From: Vulcanimicrobiota bacterium
GTDB lineage: Bacteria > Vulcanimicrobiota > Vulcanimicrobiia > Vulcanimicrobiales > Vulcanimicrobiaceae
NCBI GenBank assembly: GCA_003140855.1
Contig: PLLF01000111.1
Span: 36,411-100,410, forward strand
DNA length: 64,000 bases
Reading direction: 5' to 3'
The first letter of the stretch is position 1. Each line of letters starts with the position of its first letter. The notes under the pieces are model-generated. The model searched no databases and was not told where the DNA came from. It was given only the letters and a program-made list of their open reading frames with translations. This document shows positions 45,818-53,573 of the stretch, in pieces. The position numbers and the translations under genes were made by a program.

Positions 45818-46948
45818 TTAGAGTTTCGGCGGCCAGGGAAATCCCACTGTCAGCGCCGCGCCCAGCCGGCCGGGCCCGCCGACGGGCTGGAATTGCTGGA
45901 TCAGCAGCCGCGCGTGCTGCGTAACGTGAAACGCGGCATAGTACACAAAGTCGCGGCTGATGAACGGAACCGCCTGCGCATCGTAGCGCACGCCGAGATA
46001 CGCATGCGGCGTCACGTAATATTTCAATCGCGCGTACCCACCGCTGCTGCCGGTGCGCGTTCCAAAGCCGTCGGAGTTCAGATCGGTGCCCCACCACTGC
46101 TCGGCTTGCAGATCGATATTTCGAACGGTGAGCTTAGCCAGCACACCCGCGCGCTGATACGAATCGGAAAAGGTGTTCCGACCGGCAGGAACGATTCGCC
46201 GCGATCCGGTGATGAAGTCACCACCCACCTGTACACCGGATGTTAGCGGCGCACGCAAGAACATGCCGATTTCAGGTGAATTCGCGGCGGTCGTTTCGCC
46301 GGTCGGAACAGGTTTGCCGCCGTACGCGGAGCCTTTGAACTCGCCAAGCGCGACGGTAAAATCGGCGGTTACCGATCCTATGGTGCGCTCGGCTTGTATG
46401 CCCCAGCGAGGCGACGACAGCGATAGATCGTTGAGGCCGACGTGCGCGCCGTAATACCCGTACGGCGCCAGATCGTCGAGCCGCTGGCCCGGCGATTGCG
46501 CGAGCGGAAGCTCGAAGAGGCCTAAACGGTACAGCGATTGCGTATGCGCGTTGTAGGTCGCGAGATATCCCAAGAACAATCCCGCCGGACCGCCGCCCGC
46601 GCCAAAGTTATAATGAATGAACGCGCTGACCGCGCCGATGTCCGCATTCGATAGCAGCACGCCGCCCGGCGCGAAGCGGCGCGTGCCGACGGCGGGACTG
46701 GCTTCCCATTCGAGCTGATAGCGGAAAGCAACGCCGGTGGTGCCGTGCTTCGGGATGGGCAGCTGATAGCCGCGCGCGCGAAAAGCAGTGCCGAACGCGT
46801 TCAGCTCCGGCAGAACGCTGTGACAGGCCGAGCATTGCAGCTGATAGCGCTGCGCAAACAACGGAATGGCACGCGCGGGCGCGCGCGCAAAAAGCGTGCA
46901 GCTCACCGCGACGGCGCATGCCAATGCAAGCCTGACGCTAGTGCGCAA
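45818..46948 (-). CDS. Secreted protein with a single N-terminal CXXCH haem motif followed by a putative beta-barrel body (uncharacterised)
   Basis: TTG start, signal peptide ending ARA, then PLFAQRYQLQCSACHSVLPELNAFGTAFRARGY. The remaining 320 aa are Gly/Tyr/aromatic-rich with alternating hydrophobicity. The barrel is inferred, not shown. Confidence 0.5.
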   Translation of the reverse strand: MRTSVRLALACAVAVSCTLFARAPARAIPLFAQRYQLQCSACHSVLPELNAFGTAFRARGYQLPIPKHGTTGVAFRYQLEWEASPAVGTRRFAPGGVLLSNADIGAVSAFIHYNFGAGGGPAGLFLGYLATYNAHTQSLYRLGLFELPLAQSPGQRLDDLAPYGYYGAHVGLNDLSLSSPRWGIQAERTIGSVTADFTVALGEFKGSAYGGKPVPTGETTAANSPEIGMFLRAPLTSGVQVGGDFITGSRRIVPAGRNTFSDSYQRAGVLAKLTVRNIDLQAEQWWGTDLNSDGFGTRTGSSGGYARLKYYVTPHAYLGVRYDAQAVPFISRDFVYYAAFHVTQHARLLIQQFQPVGGPGRLGAALTVGFPWPPKL

Positions 46949-47393
46949 CGATCACCGACCTCATCGGCCCGCCATAATGGAAGAAACAGCCGAAAAGATA
47001 CGTGCCGGCCTTGTCGACGAGAATCGTCTGTGACGAGGCTCCCGCCGCCAATGTGCCGCTGCTCCAGCCTTGCGAAAGCGAACTACCGCTCTGCGTTTGT
47101 GCCGAAGCCGAAAAAGGCGATCCCACCGGAAAGGTCGTCGCTGCTGGTATGGCCGTCGCTGTGTGCGCGAACCCGTCGGAATTGGTGAAACGCAACAGCG
47201 TGCCGACGGCTACGTTCGTAACGGCCGGAGCGTAGCCGCCCGCCGTGCCCGCGGACGTTTGCGAGCTGGGATTGAGCGTAAGGTTCACGTCGACGGTCTG
47301 GGTCTGAACGCCGCCGCCACCGGGTGGGGCAAGCACGCCGCCGTTGGTGCAAGCGGTCAGCAAGAGAAATGCAAGGCATGCTTTTGTCCTCAT
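46938..47393 (-). CDS. Cupredoxin (type 1 blue copper) lipoprotein
   Basis: The ATG at 47393 overlaps the SCO1 stop (ATGA). Lipobox LLLTAC. T1 copper ligand pattern H (GFAHTA) ... C-x2-H-x4-M (GCFFHYGGPM). Confidence 0.75.
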   Translation of the reverse strand: MRTKACLAFLLLTACTNGGVLAPPGGGGVQTQTVDVNLTLNPSSQTSAGTAGGYAPAVTNVAVGTLLRFTNSDGFAHTATAIPAATTFPVGSPFSASAQTQSGSSLSQGWSSGTLAAGASSQTILVDKAGTYLFGCFFHYGGPMRSVIVAH

Positions 47394-47980
47394 TGCGCGA
47401 GCTCGCGCCACTGCGCCCGAACTTCTGCGACGACCTGCGCGCCCAGATCGCTCGATGCGAGCATTGTTTTGCGTAACGAACCGCGCGCGTCCACGAAATA
47501 GACGAACGTCGTATGCACGTCTGCATAACCTTTACGTCCCTGCCGCGCCACCACACCGAACATGCGCATCACGCGGTGTACTTCTGAAACGCTTCCGCCG
47601 GCCACGATCCACGTGCGCGGGTCGGCTCCAAACGTTCGCGCCAGCGCGCGCATAACGCGCGGCGGATCGTTTTGCGGATCGAGCGTTACCGTCAACAGCC
47701 GTACGTGCCGGCGCTCCAAAGCAAACTGCCGCGCCGCCTGCGCGAACTGCGCGTTGACGAGCGGACACGCGTCGGTGCAGTGGGCCGCCACGAAGGTAAC
47801 AATCAACGGCGTGCCGGCAAGTGATTGAAAACTGAAAACGTGGCCGGTTTGATCGACCAGCTGCGGGGCGGCCGGCGCTGCCGCAACCGGGAGGGCCGGC
47901 GCGGCGATGATCGCGAGGACGATCGCCGCGCCGGCGTGCTTGAAACGATAGAGTAAGGACGTCAGCAGTAGTAGCGGCAA
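47390..47980 (-). CDS. SCO1/SenC family copper chaperone (thioredoxin fold)
   Basis: CxxxC motif (HCTDACPLV) and a distal His (VHTTFVYFVD). TTG start at 47980 with an N-terminal anchor. Confidence 0.85.
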   Translation of the reverse strand: MPLLLLTSLLYRFKHAGAAIVLAIIAAPALPVAAAPAAPQLVDQTGHVFSFQSLAGTPLIVTFVAAHCTDACPLVNAQFAQAARQFALERRHVRLLTVTLDPQNDPPRVMRALARTFGADPRTWIVAGGSVSEVHRVMRMFGVVARQGRKGYADVHTTFVYFVDARGSLRKTMLASSDLGAQVVAEVRAQWRELAQ

Positions 47981-49197
47981 GGCGTAGACGACGGACGCGG
48001 TCTGGGCGTGGGTGTGCTGCCCGGCGTCGGTGAGGGCGTCGGTGTGACCCCCGCCGGCCGCGCGATCGACCAGCTTTTGCCGTCAGATTCAACTAGGCCG
48101 TTTCCATGCGTCTGATAGGGTCCCGAGTCGCCCGAGTAGGTGTAGAGCGGATGTCCCAAATACGCCCATTGCCTCGTTCCGTTCGAACGGGTGAATGGCG
48201 TGAAACTTCCGCTCGCCGTCGCACCTGAGGGCGCGGCTAACGGCGGCCAGACGCCGGAACATCCGTTATACGTCGAGAGCGTGCAATTCGAGCTGAGGTA
48301 ACCATCGGCTGTGAATTCATAGAGCGTATAGCCGGAGCTCGTCACCCACGCCGAAGCGCCCCCCACGGTCGCCATGTGCGGTAGATTTTGCGGCGTTGGC
48401 GTCGCCGTAGGAGTGGGCGTCGGCGTCGGCAGCAGCACCAATGTTCGCGTAGTCAGAGTGATGCTCACGGTGCCGAGTTTCGCACCGAGGGAGGTCAGAA
48501 GCGTTCCGCTACCGGTTCCGCCGGTCGACGAAAGATTGTGGACGGTAAGCGGCGAGATCGGACCCGTGAGGACCGTGCTCGTGTGATAGTAGTGATTGAA
48601 CGACGGCGCGCCGACGGCGGTACCGTTGTAGGTCGTCTTCGGGATCGGTTTGCCGCTCTGAGTCGTGATCAAAAGGGCGCAACCGAGCGTGGCTGTTGGT
48701 GAAATCGTCGAGATGTTCGTCGTGTACGTGCCAGAATATAAATAAACGTAGTACGGCGGCGGGGGTGTCGGCGTGGGCGTGGGCTTCGGTGTCGGCGACG
48801 GCGTTGCGGACACATATCTCTCGGTAATCCAGATTGAATCAGCCTTGATTCCGGTGTACGTGCCGCTTACGACGTTTCCGGAAGAAATGATCGTTGCGTA
48901 TGTTCCAGGCAGCGTCGAGATGTGGCAAGCAGCCAATGCCGCAGCGGAAAGCAGGCTTGAAGCGTTAGGCAGTGCGCGAGCCAGCTGTTCCAATGCCGGA
49001 TCGGCATTCACGGCGGATTGTTGGTCCTGGAATTGTTGGTCCTGCGGTTGTTGCTGCAACGTTCCCGGAACCGATGGTGAGTACGAGGACGTTCCATTGC
49101 CATTGCAGGCAGCCAGCGTAGCGACTGCGGCGAATAGCAAAAGAGCAACCGGCCGTGAGTGGGCCTTCGCGGTGAACGCGAGGCGCTGGTGTTTCAT
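47962..49197 (-). CDS. Modular lipoprotein with Thr/Pro linkers and C-terminal COG4315/Lipoprotein_15-type repeats
   Basis: Lipobox LAAC. Three (T/P)n linkers. The C-terminal GYTLYEFTADG...CSGVWPPL and QWAYLGHPLYTYSGD match, from memory, the secreted repeat with the Y-x-[FWY]-x-x-D motif. Ends in CRYYC. Confidence 0.65.
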   Translation of the reverse strand: MKHQRLAFTAKAHSRPVALLLFAAVATLAACNGNGTSSYSPSVPGTLQQQPQDQQFQDQQSAVNADPALEQLARALPNASSLLSAAALAACHISTLPGTYATIISSGNVVSGTYTGIKADSIWITERYVSATPSPTPKPTPTPTPPPPYYVYLYSGTYTTNISTISPTATLGCALLITTQSGKPIPKTTYNGTAVGAPSFNHYYHTSTVLTGPISPLTVHNLSSTGGTGSGTLLTSLGAKLGTVSITLTTRTLVLLPTPTPTPTATPTPQNLPHMATVGGASAWVTSSGYTLYEFTADGYLSSNCTLSTYNGCSGVWPPLAAPSGATASGSFTPFTRSNGTRQWAYLGHPLYTYSGDSGPYQTHGNGLVESDGKSWSIARPAGVTPTPSPTPGSTPTPRPRPSSTPCRYYC

Positions 49198-49250
49198 ACG
49201 AAAAAGCTTACGTCCGAGGAATGAAAAGAGTCTGAAGGCCAGCGGAGCGT

Positions 49251-50069
49251 CTAGCGGGCTTTGATGGCGTCGCGCATGGCGACGGCCAAGTTCCTCAGAG
49301 CCGGATCGCTCGCCGAGTCGCTGGCGACCGATTCGAACGCAGCCCGCGCTTGGGCTCGTTTTCCCTCTCGCAGCAGCACGGTTCCGAGCGCAAAACGCGC
49401 CCGCGCATACCCGGGCGCCAGGTCGACCGCGAGTTGAAATTCCTGTTCGGCGGATGCGTAGCGGTTCGTCCGCGCCTGCGCCAACCCCAAGTCGTAGTGT
49501 GCGACGGCATAAGCCGGATTTGCGTGGAGCAGCCGCCCGAAATCGTTCTCGGCCGTCGCGGTGTCGCCCGATCGAAGCGCGACCAAGCCTCTTTCATAGA
49601 GCGCGCGGGCCGAATCCGGCGCGCTCGCTACAAAGCGGTCGGCCATGGCGCGCGCGTCGCGCAAATCGCCGCGGCTCAAATCTACCGCGATCAGGTTTGC
49701 CATCGCCGCCAAGAAACCGGAGTCGCGGGCGATCGCAGCCTGCAATTGACGCGCCGCGTCGTCGAGACGGTGCAAGTTGGCGTAAGCAATTGCGAGATCG
49801 TAACGGGCGGTTGAGTTCTGCGGTTCGGGCGGATCGAGCGCGATGATGCGTTCGAATTCAGCTGCCGCCGGCTGCCAATCGCCGCGCGCTTCGGCGCTCA
49901 GTCCCAAATGAAAGCGCTCGACGACCTCGCGCTCAGTGGCAAGCGCCCGCAGCGCGGGAATGCTCGTCGTCCGGGGCACCGGGGTTGCGCGCGGGTACAT
50001 CTGGGCGCGCGCATGCGGCGCGGAGGCCGCGAAGATGACCAACGCCAGCGCGAGCCAGGAGCGTCGCAT
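49251..50069 (-). CDS. Secreted tetratricopeptide-repeat protein
   Basis: The ATG at 50069 gives a signal peptide MRRSWLALALVIFAASAPHARA. Repeated A..YDLA.AY...G....A TPR-like units. Confidence 0.7.
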   Translation of the reverse strand: MRRSWLALALVIFAASAPHARAQMYPRATPVPRTTSIPALRALATEREVVERFHLGLSAEARGDWQPAAAEFERIIALDPPEPQNSTARYDLAIAYANLHRLDDAARQLQAAIARDSGFLAAMANLIAVDLSRGDLRDARAMADRFVASAPDSARALYERGLVALRSGDTATAENDFGRLLHANPAYAVAHYDLGLAQARTNRYASAEQEFQLAVDLAPGYARARFALGTVLLREGKRAQARAAFESVASDSASDPALRNLAVAMRDAIKAR

Positions 50070-50071
50070 CG

Positions 50072-50320
50072 TTAGGGCTGCGGTAGTTCCGCGTTTTGCC
50101 AGGAGCCGGCGCCGGCAACCTGTTCGGGCTTGCAGGCCCATCCCACGCGGCCGCCTTCGGTAATCGGGCCGAGCAGAGCGGGAGCAGCCGAGGGCACGAG
50201 GGCTCCGTCGAGCATCGCCTCGAGCGACTGCGCGCCGGCATACCCGTATCCAAAGGTTAAGGCGCAGACGGCTATAACCGCCGCCAGCACGAAAAGCCTG
50301 AGCCATCGCTGTGACATCAC
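50072..50320 (-). CDS. Hypothetical small secreted/anchored protein
   Basis: 82 aa with an N-terminal hydrophobic helix. Its stop abuts the TPR gene start (2-nt gap). No family recognised. Confidence 0.3.
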   Translation of the reverse strand: MMSQRWLRLFVLAAVIAVCALTFGYGYAGAQSLEAMLDGALVPSAAPALLGPITEGGRVGWACKPEQVAGAGSWQNAELPQP

Positions 50321-50351
50321 CTATTAGTATAGCCGAATCTCTGAAGAATCC

Positions 50352-52157
50352 GTGAAGCGCGCCCTCATATTTCCGGCCTTGCTCCTCACCCTGGCTGCCG
50401 CCCCGGCGCCCCTGGTCGTCGGGTCCGTGCGCGACCAGGAAGGCGCCCCCATCGCCGGAGCCGTGGTCAGCGCCGCCGGTACGCGCACGACGACCGCCGC
50501 CGACGGCACGTTTGCGTTAACCGCGAGCGGAATTCGCGCCGTCCGCGTCACCTGTCCGTATTGCAAGCCCGTCGAAGTCGCGGTGCAAAGCTCGGAGCCG
50601 GTGGTAGCGATCGTTCAACGTTACCGGGCGCTGAGCGAGAGCTCACCCTCGGCTCGCGATTTGCGCGCGCTTCCTTATTCACGCGCTGAATCGGCACTTT
50701 CTTTGCATCCGTTCGTCGTGCTCACCGACAGCCGGGCTTTCTTGCCCGGCGCGCGCATTGCCGACCGCGCCGCGACGCTGCAGGGCGGCGCCATCATCGA
50801 CGACGGCATCCCCGATTATGACATCGCCGCAAATGTCTCGATGCTGTCGACGATCCCGCTGTTCGATCTGCGCGCGGGCGACGCGTTCGCGCCGGGGCAA
50901 ACATCCTATTCCGGCGATCAGGCCGCCGGCGGTGTTTTCTTTCTGAACGATCTGCCGGCGCAAGGATCCGATGCGTCGCTGATAGGCGGAAGCGACACGG
51001 CGCTCCGCCGCGGCGCCTCCATCACCAACGCTTCCTACGCGCTGGCTGGATCGGGCAATCCGTTGGGATCGAGCGCACGTGCGGCCGCGCAGGTTCACGC
51101 GCCGGCGGGGACCGATTCGCTCGATCTTTCTTTCTTGGGCGCGCGAGCCGGAATCGCGCGGGGACCAGTTTCGAGCACGGCGTCTATCGAAGGATTCCGC
51201 GCGCAATTTCAACGCGTGCGCAACACGGCAATTCAAGCGACCTTCGTTGCCGACCGCGCCGGTTACACTACCGCATTTGCATCGGCGCCGTTGAGCTCGT
51301 TATGGAGCGACATCGTGGGCGAGTTCACGGTAACCTCGCAAACGCCGGTTCAGGTCTTCGGCAATTTCGGCGTTCGCCAATCCACCGGCGTCTATAACGC
51401 CGATGCTTTTCGCCTCCACATCGCGGGCCTCGTTTCGCAAACACATCTCGACGTGGGCGCACAAACGCGCGGCGACCGTTACACGGCGCGCGCGGCGGTT
51501 GGCGCATATTCCATCGCCTACAATGGCGGGGCAGGCAGCGCACGCGTGCCGCTGCAGGCGCAAACTCTGGTCCCGTCACTCTATGGCTCCTACGATCTCG
51601 CGCCGCGATGGAACGTCGAAGTCTATGCCGGGGCTTCATTCCAGCTGCCTACGCTGCTGGAAGCATTCAGAACAACTCCGGAACCGGGCGGTCTCCACAT
51701 CGACAGATACGCGCAGGTCACGCAAACGCTCACGTATTCGGATCTGAACCGCGTGAAAATTTCCGTGACGTCGATGAGCGAGCAGCTGAGCAACCTCGAC
51801 TCGGGAACCGTCCACGCGGTGGGCGCATCGATCGCCTGGCAAGTTACGCCCTCGATTGCACTGCGCGCTTGGACGCTTACATTCAACGACACGACGGTTC
51901 CCTATGAAGCGCTGCTAAGGTTCGGCAGGCAACCGCAATCCGGAACGCCGGGTTCGGCTTGGCTTACCTATGAAAACCCGGCGGGATTCCGCCTGGACGC
52001 GATTTACCGCTCGGACTTTTTGGATGCGCTGCCGCAGCGCCACATCGACGCATCGGTCTCCGCGCCGATGGGCGGGGGGCTGCGCTGGTTCGTCGGAACC
52101 GAACGCCGTCAAGATGCACGTTCGATCGATACCGGGATTAAATTCGACGAACCCTGA
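50352..52157 (+). CDS. TonB-dependent-receptor-like outer membrane protein with N-terminal carboxypeptidase-regulatory-like domain
   Basis: Signal peptide. VVGSVRDQEGAPIAGAVVSAAG..TTAADGTFAL is CarboxypepD_reg-like. There is a plug-like segment (LQGGAIIDDGIP) and a long beta-rich C-terminal body. GTG start. Confidence 0.55.
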   Translation: MKRALIFPALLLTLAAAPAPLVVGSVRDQEGAPIAGAVVSAAGTRTTTAADGTFALTASGIRAVRVTCPYCKPVEVAVQSSEPVVAIVQRYRALSESSPSARDLRALPYSRAESALSLHPFVVLTDSRAFLPGARIADRAATLQGGAIIDDGIPDYDIAANVSMLSTIPLFDLRAGDAFAPGQTSYSGDQAAGGVFFLNDLPAQGSDASLIGGSDTALRRGASITNASYALAGSGNPLGSSARAAAQVHAPAGTDSLDLSFLGARAGIARGPVSSTASIEGFRAQFQRVRNTAIQATFVADRAGYTTAFASAPLSSLWSDIVGEFTVTSQTPVQVFGNFGVRQSTGVYNADAFRLHIAGLVSQTHLDVGAQTRGDRYTARAAVGAYSIAYNGGAGSARVPLQAQTLVPSLYGSYDLAPRWNVEVYAGASFQLPTLLEAFRTTPEPGGLHIDRYAQVTQTLTYSDLNRVKISVTSMSEQLSNLDSGTVHAVGASIAWQVTPSIALRAWTLTFNDTTVPYEALLRFGRQPQSGTPGSAWLTYENPAGFRLDAIYRSDFLDALPQRHIDASVSAPMGGGLRWFVGTERRQDARSIDTGIKFDEP

Positions 52158-52218
52158 TAGCCACGGGCAAGGAACCGGGACGATCTTCGCAATTCCCGTG
52201 CCGTAGCGACTCTTGTGT

Positions 52219-52248
52219 TTGACGCGCACGGCAGTTCTGTGCCATACT
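52219..52248 (+). promoter_or_regulatory. Candidate sigma-70-type promoter for the DEAD-box helicase gene
   Basis: TTGACG (52219-52224), 18-nt spacer, CATACT (52243-52248), about 33 nt upstream of the TTG start. By eye only. Confidence 0.3.
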
Positions 52249-52264
52249 GACGGCCACCCCGCGC

Positions 52265-52306
52265 GATCTTTCGAATACGATTGAGCCGCGCTCTCTTCGA
52301 AAGATC
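52265..52306 (+). promoter_or_regulatory. Perfect 11-bp inverted repeat (GATCTTTCGAA-N20-TTCGAAAGATC) enclosing the helicase start codon
   Basis: Arms at 52265-52275 and 52296-52306 are exact reverse complements. The 20-nt loop contains the TTG start at 52281. Confidence 0.45.
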
Positions 52307-53495
52307 ATCCACAATTAACACCTTCGACCAACTAGGCCTACAGCCGGCATTGCTGCGCGCCGTCCACGACCTCAAATTCACCGAACCGACGCCGATTCAG
52401 ATGATGTCGATTCCGCCGGGACTCGCCGGCCGCGACGTTCTCGCCAGCGCCGAAACCGGCAGCGGAAAATCAGCGGCTTTCGGCCTGCCGATCCTCAATA
52501 AACTCATGGACATGCCGCGCGGAAAAACGCGCGCGCTCGTGCTAGCTCCGACGCGTGAACTCGCCGAACAGATTGCCACGCATCTGACCGCGCTGGCCAA
52601 GCATACGAACATTCGCGTCGCCGCGGTGTATGGCGGCGTCGGATTCGGTCCGCAAGCTACGGCTTTTAAACGCGGCACCGACATCATCGTCGCCACGCCG
52701 GGACGTTTGCTCGATCACATCGAGCGCGGCACCGCAAAACTCAACGACGTATCGATGCTCGTCCTCGACGAAGCCGACCGCATGCTCGACATGGGTTTCT
52801 TACCGCCGGTGCGGCGCATCCTGAGATACGTCGCGCGCGAGCGCCAAACGTTTTTCTTCTCGGCAACGCTGCCGCCGGCCATCGCCGGCCTCGTTCGCGA
52901 GATGCTGCACGATCCGGCTCGCGTCGAGCTGGCCGCAAAACCTTCGCCGGTCGCGGGCCTCACGCAAACCGTTTACGCGGTACCGAACGAAAAGAAAACC
53001 GATCTCTTTCTCGAGCTGCTCAAAGACAACACTATCTATTCGGCAATTGCGTTCACACGCACGAAAGCTCGCGCCAATCGGCTGGCCGCCGCGCTTGAAA
53101 AACACCGTATTCCTTCCGATCTGATTCATGGCGACCGCTCGCAGTCGCAACGCACCCGCGCGCTCGAAGACTTCAAACGCGGCAAACACCGCGTGCTGGT
53201 CGCGACCGACATCGCTGCGCGCGGCATCGACATCATCGAACTCGGCCACGTCGTGAACTACGACGTCCCGCGTGCGGCGGAAGATTACATGCATCGCATC
53301 GGGCGCACGGCTCGCGCGAAATCAACGGGCGATGCGATCACCTTCGTGTCCTCGGACGAAGAACCGCTGATGAAGCAAATTGAATACGCGTTGGGCAAGC
53401 GCTTGGACCGTACGAAGAATCCGCTCTTCCCCGAGGCCAGCATCGCACCGCCCAAGGCGCAAATCGTCTACAGGTCGCGTCCGCGCCGCCGCTAG
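52281..53495 (+). CDS. DEAD-box ATP-dependent RNA helicase (RhlE-like)
   Basis: Q motif (FDQLGL...PTPIQ), AETGSGKS, PTRELA, DEAD (VLDEADRM), SAT, ARGIDI and HRIGRTAR motifs. TTG start. Confidence 0.9.
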   Translation: MSRALFERSSTINTFDQLGLQPALLRAVHDLKFTEPTPIQMMSIPPGLAGRDVLASAETGSGKSAAFGLPILNKLMDMPRGKTRALVLAPTRELAEQIATHLTALAKHTNIRVAAVYGGVGFGPQATAFKRGTDIIVATPGRLLDHIERGTAKLNDVSMLVLDEADRMLDMGFLPPVRRILRYVARERQTFFFSATLPPAIAGLVREMLHDPARVELAAKPSPVAGLTQTVYAVPNEKKTDLFLELLKDNTIYSAIAFTRTKARANRLAAALEKHRIPSDLIHGDRSQSQRTRALEDFKRGKHRVLVATDIAARGIDIIELGHVVNYDVPRAAEDYMHRIGRTARAKSTGDAITFVSSDEEPLMKQIEYALGKRLDRTKNPLFPEASIAPPKAQIVYRSRPRRR

Positions 53496-53573
53496 AGCCA
53501 GGGCGATTCCCTCGCCGTCCCGAACGGGATGGCCTCATAATAAAACGATAAAACAAGAAAAAGGAAGTAATTT

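Noticed and set aside
47985-48800. Short GC-rich tandem-like tracts (GGCGT/GGTGT-type repeats), considered as a possible CRISPR array or VNTR
   Set aside because: They are the reverse complement of Thr/Pro linker codons inside one continuous lipoprotein ORF. There are no spacer-repeat periodicity, cas genes or leader.
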